DNA of 57,867 nucleotides, the filler included, from Sluysia triapertura (Eukaryota), in NCBI GenBank assembly GCA_046118255.1. It is 4 parts of 4 records of this genome, joined end to end, with 100 filler letters (N's around TTAATTAATTAA, not from the genome) between each part and the next. Parts side by side here need not be neighbours in the genome. Positions count along the whole stretch, not along the records: positions 31,674 to 43,457 come from JBJNIA010171035.1; positions 43,558 to 57,867 come from JBJNIA010263503.1; 2 more parts are not named here. One strand, 5' to 3'. The position numbers and the translations under genes are program-made. This document shows positions 39,100 through 51,509 of the stretch, in pieces. Position 1 is the first letter of the stretch. Each line of letters starts with the position of its first letter. Under the pieces are notes generated by a model that saw only the letters and a list, made by a program, of their open reading frames with translations, was not told the DNA's origin and ran no database searches.

Positions 39100-40622
39100 A
39101 TCTTCAACTAGAATTTACACCAGTTAAATGTTTTGAATTTTCCATTGATATCGATTAAGACTGTGTTGTTATTTGGATTGAATTGGATGACTTTGTAGGG
39201 ACCGGTGTATCGTGGTTGAAGATATTTTGGATTTTCTAATTTAAGCCACACAAATTTACTGTTTGTGATGTTTTTACGAAAGTAAATGTGAAGATTCTCG
39301 TTATGAAGTGTGGTTTTATTTAATTCGTTGAAGTAGTGCCGCAAAAGTGGTGAGTATGTTTTTCTGTAGGATTTTCGTTCTCGAATAGTTCGAAAGGAAA
39401 TCTGGTGTTAGTTCCTAAGACGATTTGAGCTGGTGAATACCCAGTTGAGGAATGAGGGATATTTCACCAAACTAATAAGATTAAGGGTAATGTATCGACC
39501 CAGTTATGATGTATTGATAGTGCGTGTAAGGAGTTTTTGAGAGTTCTATGGAATCTCTCTATCATACAGTTAGATTGTGGATGGTATGAAGTTGTTCGTA
39601 GTCTAGCACTACCTAGTTGTTTAAGTAAATTGTTGAAAAGGCTAGTCTCGAATTGAACTCCTTGATCTGTGATAATCCTTTTTGGTACACCTAAGCGTGA
39701 AATCCGGTTTGTTATTAGAATTCTGGATATGGTATCCGTAGTTATTGATCGAATAGGGAACATTTCTGGCCATCTGCTGTGTAAGTCAAGTATAGTTAAA
39801 ATATAAATGTAGCCACGAGATTGTGGTAGTGGACCGACTATATGTATTGTATCAAAGAGTTAGTCTGTGGGAAAGTAAAGCGTTTGTAGTTTTATGTATT
39901 TGTGAATTTTCACAGATTGACAAGTCAAACAGGCTTTACACCAGTGTTTGATGTCTTGGCGCATTGAAGGCCAGACTACTTTTGAACGTAGTACTTCGTA
40001 TGTGGCCTTAGCTCCGGTGTGTGTCAAATTATGAATGTATTCAAAGGCTTTAGTTCGGAGTTGTTGTCCAATCACTGGTCGATAATTGGTGGTTGTATAA
40101 AATTCCATCGTGTAATGACGATTTTGTATTCCATTTGATTTGTTGCTTTTTCTTTCCCGATGATAGAACTGTTAATGGTGCTATTATTTCTGACAGTTTC
40201 GGAATGAAGCGTCGACAATAATTTACCAGAAACTTTCCATTTGTGCAACTGTTTTGGGTTGTGGGAAGTCTCTTATTGTTGTTGTACGGGTTTCTAGTGG
40301 TTCTAGTGATGTTGTGACCGAGGAAAGTGATTTTATTTTTGAAAAATTGACATTTATTGATTTTGATTATTAAATTATTGTCGAATAGTCTTTGAAATAT
40401 TTGTTCCAGATGTGTTTGATGTTGTTTAAAATTTCTTGAAACAATTATGATGTCATCGATATAGGCTGTGGTGAAAGTTAAATCTTGAAGAACTTGATCG
40501 ATGTGTTGCTGGAAAGTATGTGCTGCATTTCATAGACCGAAGGCATACGTAGATATTCAAACAGACCTAAAGGAGATGTAACGGCTGTTTTTGGTATGCC
40601 CTCAGTACATATTTGATGGTAT
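39100..40622 (-). mobile_element. Ty3/Gypsy pol remnant (RT and integrase; RNase H largely deleted)
   Basis: RT: YHQI..KTAVTSPLGLFEYLRMP..AAHTFQ..AYIDDIII. H2C2: HNLTHTG..WPSMRQDIKHWCKACLTCQ. rve core: IVGPLP..ITDQGVQF..TTSYHPQSNCMIERFHRTLK. C-terminal LQPRYTGPYKV. RT-before-integrase order; frameshifted and 5'-truncated. Confidence 0.96.
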
Positions 40623-41789
40623 GGGGAGGGAGTTTTATCCTTTAAAGTTCGCAAATTATAATTATTTTTGTTTATTTTTCTTTTTTAACAAATATTCGAA
40701 ACATGAAACTCTGAAACAATTAACAAAATATTAAACTTTTTAATTAATGAACCAGGTTTAAGGCCTTTTAAAGATAATAATTTTAACAAAATATCAACAA
40801 GGTTTAAAAGTTTATTAATAAAACAATAAAATATTGTAAAAACACATAATCATACTTATAATAATTGAAGAGTTGGTGGCAGGCACAAATCACACCGTGT
40901 GAATATTCGGATGATGCGTTTCCTAAACTATCAAAATCTCTTGTTGACAATTGAACTATATTATACGCTGTATATGTTGAATATTTTAAATTAAAATCTA
41001 TTTATTGTTTATCAGATAAAAATGTCTCTAGCCGTAATAATATACGTGCCTCGAATAATATACATCCGTATGATATGAGAAATATACTTATTAGTAAATT
41101 AAAATTAAGACTAGTGATACAAAACAAGATAAATTTTACTTAAAGGAATTTGAAAAATTCGTAATCATAAATTGAAACATTACTCATTTTCGATAGCATA
41201 TAAAATAACAAAAATATTAATACAACACCATAATGAAGTATTTAATTTCCAAATTTGATTTCATTTGTGTTCTTGATAAATGGAGTGAAAAATTACGTAA
41301 CTATAGTTGAAAAGCAAAATATAAATCTTAGAGTTAAGTCAAAGTTATCATCTGCTACACATTTCTCATTTGTCAATAAAACTGCAAAACTGGCCAGGAT
41401 TATAAATTTAAGAGCTAACTTTAAGTAATTGACATTATATTTGGACGTAATTTCATTGTAGAAATTTTTAACGACACGCGACGTAAAACTAAAAGCATTA
41501 AATGATTCTTTTATCAAAATAGTGAGATCATTTCTATTTGACATTTCATTTACAACATTGATTGATTTTTTCATATAAATTTAATATTCTATTTATAATA
41601 ATTCATTTATAAATAAATTAATTTCAGCTGTTTAGTTTCTGAAGATATCGTTTACCAACTTCAATATCAAGTTTCAAAATCGATATGGCAGCTTCAATCA
41701 TAACCATTTCATATTTTGTCAATACATAGACTCTGAATAGTACCTTCTTTCCCAGTCAATAATGGTGTAGAAAATAATACACATTCAGT

Positions 41790-42175
41790 ATTGTAGGGAA
41801 ATCATTTCAAAATATCCAGGCTTCATCACATAAAAACATCTCATACATACATAGGACATTAAAAAAATTAATTGACTCATTCAAAAATAAACCTGGTCAT
41901 TGTACATAATCATCATGAACTATAGGTATTGTTATTACAAATCCAATCATATTAAGATATATAATAATTATTGTCATTATTGATATATAATATGATTGTC
42001 ACATAATAACTTTTATAAAAACATCACATCATTTAATCATCATATTAAAATATAATAACGACATTGTTATCATTATTATTTCTTTATTCTTTACTTTCAA
42101 CGTTTCTTTTTATTCTTTTTGTTTACCTGAAATTGTATATATTTATGTATGTATGAATCTGGTTATTTTATCTTT
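41790..42175 (+). mobile_element. LTR-like dispersed repeat, second copy
   Basis: Inverted homolog of 34880-35320. Confidence 0.6.
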
Positions 42176-42789
42176 ATTGATATTTAATTTATTTATATTC
42201 CATCAATACCCGTAGCAAATATTATATTAGATCACACATTCGTCCATATTCAAGCTATATCGCAAGGAATTTCTTATATTAAAATAATTTGTAAAGATCC
42301 CAAACATTTGCTTTTACTCAATTCATAACCAGACAATTTAATCAGAAACTACACACTTCATTGTAACGAAGATATTTCGACGTGAATTCAACATACATTG
42401 AGAAAAGATTATTAAATTTTGGAAAAATATTCCTGTTCATCCAAAAGAAAAATCTAATTCTATTCAATTGAATCCACTTCGAAATAATCAATTGTTAACT
42501 GTTATTATGTTCGAATTTTAAAATATTTTAAGCCCATTTCAAGATAATATTTTAGTCATCCGAATTGAAAATGACCTTTACAGTGTAGTGGAAATTGAGT
42601 TTAAAACAGAATTTATAAAGCTAATTTCAAGATCGTATTACGAATTATCAATCGTAATTTGTGTTTACAGTTTCCAAAGAAATTGAAACTTCTGTCAAAA
42701 AGACTTTTGCTGGCGGAAGCAGTCGTAAAATAACATTCGTTAACACAACTCAAACTTCACAAACTGAAGACATAATATATAAAATCAGA

Positions 42790-43344
42790 GGATCCATGAC
42801 AGTAGAAATAACTCGTGGTTGACTGAATTCTACTAAACCGGATGTTTCAGTTACTCCCAACAATCCATCCATCGTTTCTAATATCGATTCAATAAAACGG
42901 TATCTGCCCATGCCATACTGAGTGTAGATTCACTTTGTCCTTCTTTAGGCTCTAGAATTTCGGTTCCTGCTGTTTGAAATTTTGTGACTAAAGCGTCTCT
43001 TACTTCCTTGGGGAAATTAACCGGTGGCGCGAATTGTGATATGACAGGAATTAAAGTTCGTTCTTAATGTCTTCCTATAATGGGTACGTTTAATTTGTTT
43101 ACATAAATATTGTTAATATTTGCACGGGGATTCAATTTTTTCGAGAGATATAAAACGAATAGCACGAACGACATCGAGAGAATTAACACCGAATAATTTC
43201 TTCCAATTAAATACACTAAAATGATCTAAAATTGTTGCAATTAGTGGTATTAACAATAATTGCATTTGGACAAGTATGAGATATTTTCGCTGTTAAATCT
43301 GAAAATATTTCGGCATTATGAATAAATAAATCATTTCTTGTCAT
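42790..43344 (-). pseudogene. mdh2: mitochondrial-type malate dehydrogenase pseudogene
   Basis: MTRNDLFIHNAEIFSDLTAKISHTCPNAII / KKLFGVNSLDVVRAIRFI / LNVPIIGRH*ERTLIPVISQFAPPVNFPKEVRDALVTKFQTAGTEILEPKEGQSESTLSMAWA / RFIESILETMDG is collinear with MDH2. Contains stops and frameshifts. Confidence 0.92.
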
Positions 43345-43383
43345 ACTTAATAACTTGACTGTTTTCTTTCTCTTGATCGGAAG

Positions 43384-43457
43384 TTAACCCCTTACCGGTT
43401 TACTACGTGTATACACGTTGAACATTCGAGTGACCATAACGTTCTTACTACGTGTAT
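43384..43457 (+). mobile_element. piggyBac-like left end
   Basis: TTAA followed by CCCCTT, with a subterminal direct repeat TTACTACGTGTAT twice. The contig breaks inside it. Confidence 0.65.
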
Positions 43458-43557
43458 NNNNNNNNNNNNNNNNNNNNNNNNNNNNNNNNNNNNNNNNNNN
43501 NTTAATTAATTAANNNNNNNNNNNNNNNNNNNNNNNNNNNNNNNNNNNNNNNNNNNN
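43458..43557. other. artificial contig linker
   Basis: N44-TTAATTAATTAA-N44. Confidence 0.97.
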
Positions 43558-44052
43558 TACAAATTTATTTTATTAGATAGAACTATTTTCCATTCGTAAC
43601 TGATGTATACTTAGTTATTGAAATATCTCGAAAATCGATATAAATTCAAATCTCATTAAAAATTTGATAAACTTCATCAGCAAAATATGGTAAGGGAGAC
43701 TTATGCGACCATATTCTAATTCATAATCCATTCTAACAACAATATAATACCTGTTCAGCACTAATTTCATTTTAGTTATAAACTAAAATCGATCCATTTG
43801 AACAAAAAAAATAATTTTTTGTGTTGTAATAATATTTATTTAGCATTTAATATTTAAGTTTAATTTTCCAATAATTAAATTATTTACATTTCACAATTAT
43901 AAAATATTTATATTATACTATTATTTTTATTGTACTATTTATATTATACTATTATATTATACTATTAGATTTTGGTGTCACATTTACAATCGTGTGCAAA
44001 AATTGAAAAGAAACCAAAACTTTTGTGTCAAACAAATTTTCAACAATATTTA

Positions 44053-44679
44053 TGTGGTGGTTCGGCCGATTACCACGATAATATTATATTAATAACATCA
44101 CTTACTGATACGAAAACGTTGTCACAAAAATATTTCACAACAAGTTTAACTTATGCATCAAATCCCATACTTTCACTACTACGTGCAACTCCCAAAACGA
44201 TAAAGTCATAAAATCATCGATTAAAATCAAATTTTTAGTTAATAACCCTAATGTGGCTACAATCCAACCTTTACAATAAATATAACTACTATTGTCATCG
44301 TATAATTGTTATAGTCCCACACTTTTGCTCATATTTATATTTTTATACTTATGTTTTAAAGATCCTGGAAGTACTCGAGAAATGCACACTTTGAGAATAT
44401 TTTTATTATAGTTTCTCTTTTTATACCTTCAATTGTTTGTGTAATCTTTGTTATACAATTTTATCACAAATATTCGAAGCAAAGAAATCGTTCAATTAAA
44501 GAGAAATGATAAAAAATTAAACATAAAGAATTGTTTAATAAAACAATATAAAAAGGTCATCAAGTTGTTTTATTGAATCAACAAGTTTATAGAATTCGAC
44601 CTTGCTACTAATTTTAGAAATTCATAGAAATTTAAAGTTATTCAAAGTCACATCTCAAAATTTTAATAAACATGTTGCA
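44053..44679 (+). mobile_element. solo LTR-like remnant without visible cargo
   Basis: TGTGGTGGTTCGG start and CA-rich body. The candidate end AATAAACATGTTGCA shares CATGTTGCA with the end of the 21828-24177 element; no clean TSD. Confidence 0.4.
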
Positions 44680-44929
44680 AAATACGATTCGGAACTAATC
44701 TAGATGGATTCAATGCAGATATATTTCAAATCAGGATTTCGAAGGGGGAATTACGAGACAATGATCACGATTGTTATTTAGTAATTCGGTAGCCTACCAA
44801 GTGGCTTGATTGTTGGCATGACGAGTCACATGTAGGCTATTTGAAATGTGATGAACTAGATGCCAGAGATAACTAGATGCACGTGGAGATGCGTATGATA
44901 ATCGTAGATAATTTAAAATTTGAAGTAAT

Positions 44930-45400
44930 CATCAGACAGGCATGGCCTACTATGTCAGATCTAGATATTATGTTATAACAGTTCGATGTTCAGATTATTC
45001 ACTATGCGACTATTATTTGCAATTTTATAATTGACGAACCGATTATTAGTTTAGTCAGATGTATTATGAAGTTTTGTTTACTTTTTAGTAAGATTGTCGG
45101 GTTTGCTATAAAGTTACCTGTATACAAGAGTATACAGATTTGCTTATTCTCGAACACGGCAATTTAAAATGAAAAAAATGTGAGTATGTTGTCAGGCATA
45201 CGTTGTCTAGTGCGTCATATCTACATATTATATTAATACGGTGCGATGTTCAGATTGATCACTACGTGATTACTATTTGCAATCTTACGCGCAACGATGC
45301 AGCTATCAGTTCGGTTCGATCTATTTTGAAGTGTTGTTTCTTTCTAACAACGTGTTATAAAATCAGTTTGTATAGAAGAGTATCAAAAGTTGTCTTCCCT
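44930..45400. repeat. diverged ~260-bp tandem duplication
   Basis: CGATGTTCAGATT..TCACTA...TATTTGCAAT and TGTATA.AAGAGTAT recur at ~44984/45244 and ~45119/45369. Confidence 0.8.
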
Positions 45401-47416
45401 TAATCTTAAGAATGTCTGCGTTGTTAATAATTTTAAGTTTTATTTTTAACAAGTAATTATGTAGCATTCGACGTTTTAAATGAGATGAATAGTTTTTTCT
45501 TCGTGCTAATACAAGTTATATGCTTCGCCTCAACATCACAAATTGAATTTATGGTCCAAGTCTTACGCATACGTATTCAGTGCATGCGGTTCATCGTTCA
45601 ATCATCTCGTATGTATGATTGTATCGAGCTTCTGTGGTACTAACTAATACCTAGGATCGTCGCAAGACTGGACATTGTCCTTGTTCTGACAACTTTAAGT
45701 GGAAATCACGAGTAAATTTATCTTAGTGACTAAAACTTTTTATTCAACATTATCCAAAAGTGACCTGTGTACAATTTGATTATTATAAGCCCTCTTTTTA
45801 TTTCCTTTTGTAAGAGAAATAAAATTTGTTTTCATTATTATTATTAGTTAAATGTTAAGAATACTAATGAATTGTCTAAGTGCATTAAGTACTTAAGTAA
45901 TTTTTTTATTAAGAGTGATGATAACCATGTCAACAAATTAATAATTAAGATAAAAAATAATAATGAAAAATCACATAAAATTCTTAAATTAAAAAACAAA
46001 ACATCATCGCTAACACCAAAATGGTGTCAAGAGTGTAAAAAAACACTAAACCTTATTCAAGTAGCATCTTAATTATTCGATTTTCATATAGATTTATATG
46101 GACTCATACATTTCATAGTTTGGATTTTGTCGTTTAGATATGTTAATGTTAATCTATATATTTTCTATAATTCTATAAATAAATGTAAATATGTGTAATA
46201 TAAACATGTATATATTTATATGTATTTCATATGTATTTTATAAATATTGATTTTTGTTTATTTAAATTATATTGATTTTTTGTTTGAAAAATAATTTGGA
46301 TTTAAAAAATAATTTGAAAATTTAACATGTAAGTAATTTTTAATTTAAATAATGTTTTAATTTATTTTATTCTGTTTAAAATTATACTGCTTAGAATAAG
46401 CAATTATTAATTTTTGTTGTAAGTCAAGGTTAACTTTAAACCACTGCAAATTAACTCGATTTTTTAATACAATGCACAATTTTAATACAATTTTTAACGC
46501 AGTTGTTGGTTGACACAAATTTTTAAACACATTTACTTGAGGAGCAGAATTTATTCAAAAGAACCATATCTTCGGGAATCTTATTTATTTTTCAAACATA
46601 GTAGTTAGTTTATTTTTATTAATATTGCACCTAATGGTACTGCGTAATATTCCACTTAAACTCAAATTTTTAATAATAGTGGAACTTTTAAACAGTTCCA
46701 GCGTAAAATCCTCATCAAAATACAGTTAATTTTGCAATTTAATTATTTTTCATTACAATCATAACCTTGCGTGTATTATTATATTGTCATAATATATCTT
46801 AATGATATAGCCTGTTTTTGTTATGCATAATTAGATATATTTAAAATAAGTAATATCGACGTTGTAATATAAGGTTTTCGAATTCTTTTAACGGATTCTT
46901 CGTAAAATCTATTATATTATAATCTACAAGGATAATCGAATAGAACCTTTTTAAGAATATTTATTTAATTATCTAAACTATAAGCCTAGCATTTGATCTC
47001 TTGCATTTATTTGCTTCTAAAATCCAACGGCTAGCTCTAACTGGTAAGTCTAGTACGTTGGTAAACTCACTATAATCATTCATCGTTTATTCTTAGCTAA
47101 GAAAAAAATCTGACAGATAAAATATATAAAATAAAAAGATAAAATAAAATAAATAAATGAAAAATAGATAGAATAGTTGTGAAATTTATATTTATATTTA
47201 TCAATCAAAAATGAAATAATTAGAGTAAGAAAATTATGAAAAAATGAAGATAAATAATGAAATGATCACTTCTTGTGTATTGACTGAGAAATTAATAAAG
47301 AAACTAATCAATAAATCACGCAAATTTGTGTCAAAATTAACGAAACACTTTTTGTGATGTGGCACGTCCATTTTCGGGAATAAAGATGATGTAGTATGGA
47401 ATGAATAAAAAAATGC

Positions 47417-47469
<53 letters not shown>
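47417..47469. repeat. (AAT)n microsatellite
   Basis: About 17 perfect units. Confidence 0.98.
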
Positions 47470-47472
<3 letters not shown>

Positions 47473-48947
47473 TGTAAAAATTAATTTAAATAAAAATCAA
47501 TAAAAAATTAATTACGCTTAGAAGTTTAATACTCGCAATAATTTTAAAGAAAAGCTTCAATTCTGAAAATGAGAAAGACAGTTCAAAATGAACTTAAACT
47601 TAAGAATATTAAATCATGAAACATAATACTTAATAGCAAGAAGGAAAAGCTTCAGATTGAACTGAAATATCAGAAACATAGAAAACAAGTACTATAATAC
47701 ATATAAGTATTGCAAACTAACAAAGTGGATATAAATGCATTGTACAGCTAAATTTATTAAATGAAATTAATTGTTATGCAGAAGAAATGTGTCATATAAT
47801 CACAAAAATATACTGAATATTTAATTATAGAATAAAATTGGCCATATCATTAAATTAACTACAAAGAAAAAGTAATTAGAGAAGAATTATTAAGTGGAAT
47901 TTTAAAAATTATTCCACTTAAAATTACGTCGATTATTAGATGTTCCTTTACGATTTTCAAATTTCTTTTTTAAAATATTGTATTTTAATGTACTTTTGGA
48001 AGGTTTTTTTAAAGAATCATGATAGATTTACCAATACCGATTAAGTATACGTTTTTTAAAAATGCTCTGTTTCATATTGATATGCTTTCAAAATTTGTAA
48101 ATAAGTCTTATCCAGTTCTTTGTAATGTACGGATTAGGTCCTAATAAGAAGTTGCATATGAGAAATAAGACATTATATATTAAATGAAAATATTGAAGTA
48201 TTTCTAAAATAATAAATTTTATCTATTATTATATCGCGTTATTTCATTTAAATCAGAAAAGTAGACTTTCTAAGATTGTTCTGTAAATAAAGAAGCTAAG
48301 ACAACATTTTGCAGAATTTAATTAATATTATGGAAATAAAGTTTCGTTTACACTGTATACTGATTTTGAATTGAGAAATTAATACAGAATCAAAACCAAA
48401 ATTATCAGAAATAAAATACGTTTTGTGGTTTATAAATTATATAGATCTGAATATTACGGTCACACTTGTACAGATGTTTCGTTAATTTAATTTAACAGTA
48501 AAGTTTCTCACAATAAATGATTTGCTTTGTATTCTTTTGTACTTTTATAATGGTTCTAAATATTATGTTCATTTAATAGATAAAGATTTACATCAACACT
48601 TTTTATAACCAAAAAACAAAATACTCAATCTTTAGTCTGTATAGTCCGTATTTTATGGACATGACTTTATCTGAATAAAAATTACTTATATATCACAAAT
48701 TTTATTCTACAATAAACCAATCAAGCAGCTAGGTTCTGATCAAATGTTAGCTATCGAAAACTTAAACAAATTAGAATATTGTAAGATTGATATTATTAAA
48801 TATTAACTGATTTATTGGAGACCTTTAGGGTATGTGTTCAGTGAATTATATAACGTATCGATTATAGGGTTGTGCAAGTCTATAAACCTATCGAAATAAC
48901 TTTTTTTAAAATTTATAAAAGTTGACAATATATTTAATATTAAATAA

Positions 48948-49142
48948 AATTTTCTCTTCTTGCTCTCTCTAGTCATGTTTTCATATTTCTATAGAATACT
49001 TTACATTGAATTTAATAATTATGATTTCATAATTATTATAAATCAAGTGAGGTTTTGATTGTGAAAACAAAATTGATTTTAGATTCTTGATTCTATATTC
49101 ATCCGAATTGAATCCGACTGAAGAGAGCAAGAAGAGAAAATT
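48948..49142. mobile_element. 21-bp perfect inverted repeat enclosing a Tc1-like transposase fragment
   Basis: AATTTTCTCTTCTTGCTCTCT (48948-48968) pairs with AGAGAGCAAGAAGAGAAAATT (49122-49142). Internal RFLILYSSELNPTEE resembles the Tc1/IS630 motif FLPPYSPELNPIEE. Confidence 0.65.
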
Positions 49143-51509
49143 ATAAATATTCTTTAATATATATGAGGGTTAAAATATTATAAACATAAAAAATATGAAA
49201 TATTGTTCTTTAAGATTCAAACAACGAACTGTCAAGTGTCTCTGGGGTAATAGATAATTTAAATATTATAGCTGAAAAACAAATCCAGATTATGTTAAAA
49301 TACCATCAGAATATGAATTCAATAAATTTATCGTTAAGTTTATTCGAAAACCACTAACAAATTCTTTTAAAGAAAAGTATATTTTATATTATGATACTAA
49401 TTGTAATGATTCATGATATAAAATAATATTGTAATTTAAGTTATGAAACTTTTAATGGGGATTTAGAATATCAAAAAGAAAAAACCAGTTGATTTCAATT
49501 TGCAATAAGGACAAATGAACTAGGAGGTTATCAATTAAATGATATGCCTTAAAATATTGTATTACATTTAAAATATATTCAGTTAAATAATGTTAGAACC
49601 AATAAAAATGTATGATTTTCAATTGCCTTTTGTATTTTTAATTTAATTCATTTATTCCATATGAACTTGATTCTACTTCAAAAACATTAATCTTTATGTA
49701 TTATTATTATTATAAAAGTTGTATTGACATTTATATTAAAAGCTATATTACAGCAAGAAAACCTATAATTTCATTTTTAAATCAATAGGGAGGAAAATTA
49801 ATTTCAAATTCTGATTTTTTTATTGTGTTGTAATTATCGTGCATTATTTTGTCGAGAATATTTTCCAATATGTTAAACTATATTTAATTTTAACGAATCA
49901 AAACAATTATAAATAACCCGACAAGCTATTTTGTACATCTAAATTCATACCATTTAAATCCAAATAATTTTTTCTATCTTTAAAATAAAACCAAATAATT
50001 TCTGATTTTTCGTAGTCTTGATTATAATGTCATGTTTTATTATTGATTTTATATAATTTATCATTCGTTAATATATTAATGGGTTATTTCAAATAATTAA
50101 AATAATTATATTATTTTGATTATAAAAATAAATGTTTTTCAAAAATATATTTTTATTAAATATCTTTGTTTACAGTCTTTATTTTATTATTATGTCTTGC
50201 TTTTGGTCGCCAATAATTTCTTCAATTTTTTAAACGTTCTCCTTGAAGTAGGACTTGTTCATTATCGTAATCGAGGACTTTCTTATTGATTTAATGTACA
50301 ATTCTTTCAATTCCCATATAAATAATACTTCTGGTTTATAAATCTTTTGATGAAGATTTTTCTTAATTTTTTTCCTTTTATTTTGTTTATTTTTACCGAC
50401 AATACTCATTTCTATTACATAATTTACAATAAACTTTTCTTTCAATATTGAAAATAAGCAGCCATTTTTTCATGTCAATTTCATCAAATTTCATCTCAAA
50501 CAAGCTTTTTTTACAGTTTCAATCTTTGTCAACTACTACTTCATCGAATATTTTTCTTCCATGTAATTTCATCTCGACTTGTTATTATTTTTTAATGAAA
50601 CAATAAAACTATCAGCAATGTTACATTAGCATTATTTATTGACATTCTCAGAAACACCAATACAAAATATTGAATACAAAATTTTAAAATCTCACAATGA
50701 CAACTGTGACTTTATTTCAAAATTTCTATATAAGTGCAATTCTGATAAATATAAACATTGAACTTCCATTGAATGCCTATTTTGATTCTACAAAAACTTC
50801 AGTACCATTCTTTCTGATAACACATACTTCCATTATATCCATTTAGATACATTCTAATTCAATATTTGTAATAATTAATATTTTTGATTTTTAAAGACAT
50901 TGATTGGAAATTAATAAATTAATTATTTTTGTACGTGTAAAATCCAATCTTTTTACAATTCGTAAATTTCTTAAAAATTTCACTAAAATAAAAATAACAA
51001 AAATAATTGTGATAATATATTTAGCATTCAAAAGTTTAAGATTTGCTTGAAAGTGAAAAAAAGTGAAGTCTTTAACCTATTGAGTTTAATTTGTCATAAA
51101 ATTAAATTAAACAAATACTTCTTTAATAAATGTATTAAGTCATTTCATGTTATAGATTTATTTACAAAGAGTTTATAAGATATTTGAGAATTTAAGAATG
51201 TTTTAAAAAAAGTAATGTTTGATTTTAATTTATTATGTAGTAGGGTTTCGTAATTTTGTAATTTTACAATTGAATTTTTATTATAAATTTGTCTGTATAA
51301 AAATTCTCAAACACTTCCAATAATCTCTATAATCTTTATTTGATTGTAGGGAAATTAAGGAGGTGTAAAGACCTTTATTTCTTGAAACAATTAAAATAAA
51401 TTAATGTCAAAAGAAAATCATTCAAAAAATCATTAAATTAACTTTTCTAACACATTTTTATTTAAACTTTTAAAAATAACTTCATTTATTCAAATATTTA
51501 TAAATTAAC

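Noticed and set aside
17660-43557. TTAATTAATTAA flanked by Ns three times, as a biological motif
   Set aside because: Exact 100-bp six-frame-stop linker and therefore an assembly artefact. Adjacency across these points is not evidence of linkage.
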